Source: a virus (taxonomy: Duplodnaviria; Heunggongvirae; Uroviricota; Caudoviricetes). From it: a stretch of DNA of 31,357 nt. The translations under genes and the position numbers were made by a program. The DNA lies in the IMG/VR virus record IMGVR_UViG_3300032046_004423, positions 1 to 31,357 of that record, one strand, 5' to 3'. Of this stretch, positions 31,038 to 31,357 are shown piece after piece (the stretch's first letter is position 1; every line of letters starts with the position of its first letter). Under the pieces are notes generated by a model. The model saw only the letters and a program-made list of their open reading frames with translations. It was not told the DNA's origin and made no database searches.

Positions 31038-31357
31038 ATGCCAGAAAAAAAAGTTAAACCAGTTGAGGACGAGGAAGAGGGTCTGGGGGAGGAAATATCT
31101 ATAGATATGACCCAGGCAAAGACCTTTGAGCCACTACCGGAAAGGAAGCCGTTACTAGCATCATGCAGTAAGTGGAAGTACGGTAGGACTCCAAATGGTC
31201 GAAAGGTAGACTACGAGTTTACCATTGTTGAACCATCAGAGTTAGCCAATAGGAAGGTACAAGAGAGTGTATCCCTGGAGAATGAGTACACCCTTGGTAG
31301 ACTCCAGACTATTCTCATAGCAGTAGGCTTTGCTGAGGATGCGGTGAAGGTTAAAAA
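31038..31357 (+). CDS. DUF669-like phage ssDNA-binding protein (partial, runs off the window)
   Basis: AAGGAGG SD; IDMTQAKTFEPLP...YEFTIVEP...NRKV...LGRLQTILIAVG; downstream of Sak. Confidence 0.65.
   Translation, partial: MPEKKVKPVEDEEEGLGEEISIDMTQAKTFEPLPERKPLLASCSKWKYGRTPNGRKVDYEFTIVEPSELANRKVQESVSLENEYTLGRLQTILIAVGFAEDAVKVK

Noticed and set aside
1-31357. Genome-wide TAG recoding
   Set aside because: TAG cleanly terminates many conserved genes (BRCT 1723, CAP 3342, SNF2 4168, nuclease 5579); only one internal TAG case was found
1-31357. CRISPR array, DGR/retron, integrase or att site
   Set aside because: No regularly spaced direct repeats, no reverse transcriptase and no recombinase motifs seen

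Overview
The window looks like the early/accessory region of a dsDNA bacteriophage (or prophage). It holds about 80 short, tightly packed ORFs, most with strong Shine-Dalgarno (SD) sites, and has no structural, terminase, integrase or rRNA genes, no canonical tRNA and no CRISPR array. Positions 1-28.7 kb are read on the minus strand; after an AT-rich divergent sigma70-type promoter region (about 28.67-28.89 kb) genes switch to the plus strand. Recognisable proteins: PARP-type Zn finger, BRCT plus Zn-ribbon protein, membrane-anchored CAP/SCP protein, SNF2-family helicase, Vsr-like nuclease, Rnl2-like ATP-dependent RNA ligase, SWIM finger, HTH protein, Rad52/Sak-like annealing protein, transglutaminase-like protein and a truncated DUF669-like SSB. 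The most unusual content is non-coding: (i) a roughly 590-nt ORF-free, GC-enriched segment with many helices and potential pseudoknots just downstream of the main leftward promoter (candidate large ornate ncRNA); (ii) two intergenic 24-27 bp stem-loops whose 52-57 nt loops carry several anti-SD motifs; (iii) a compact 93-nt structured element upstream of a gene with an in-frame TAG; (iv) a 34-bp promoter/operator module present three times. Several paralogue families and several single-base gene disruptions are also visible. All family calls come from motif recognition by eye, not from database searches, and RNA structures were paired by hand.
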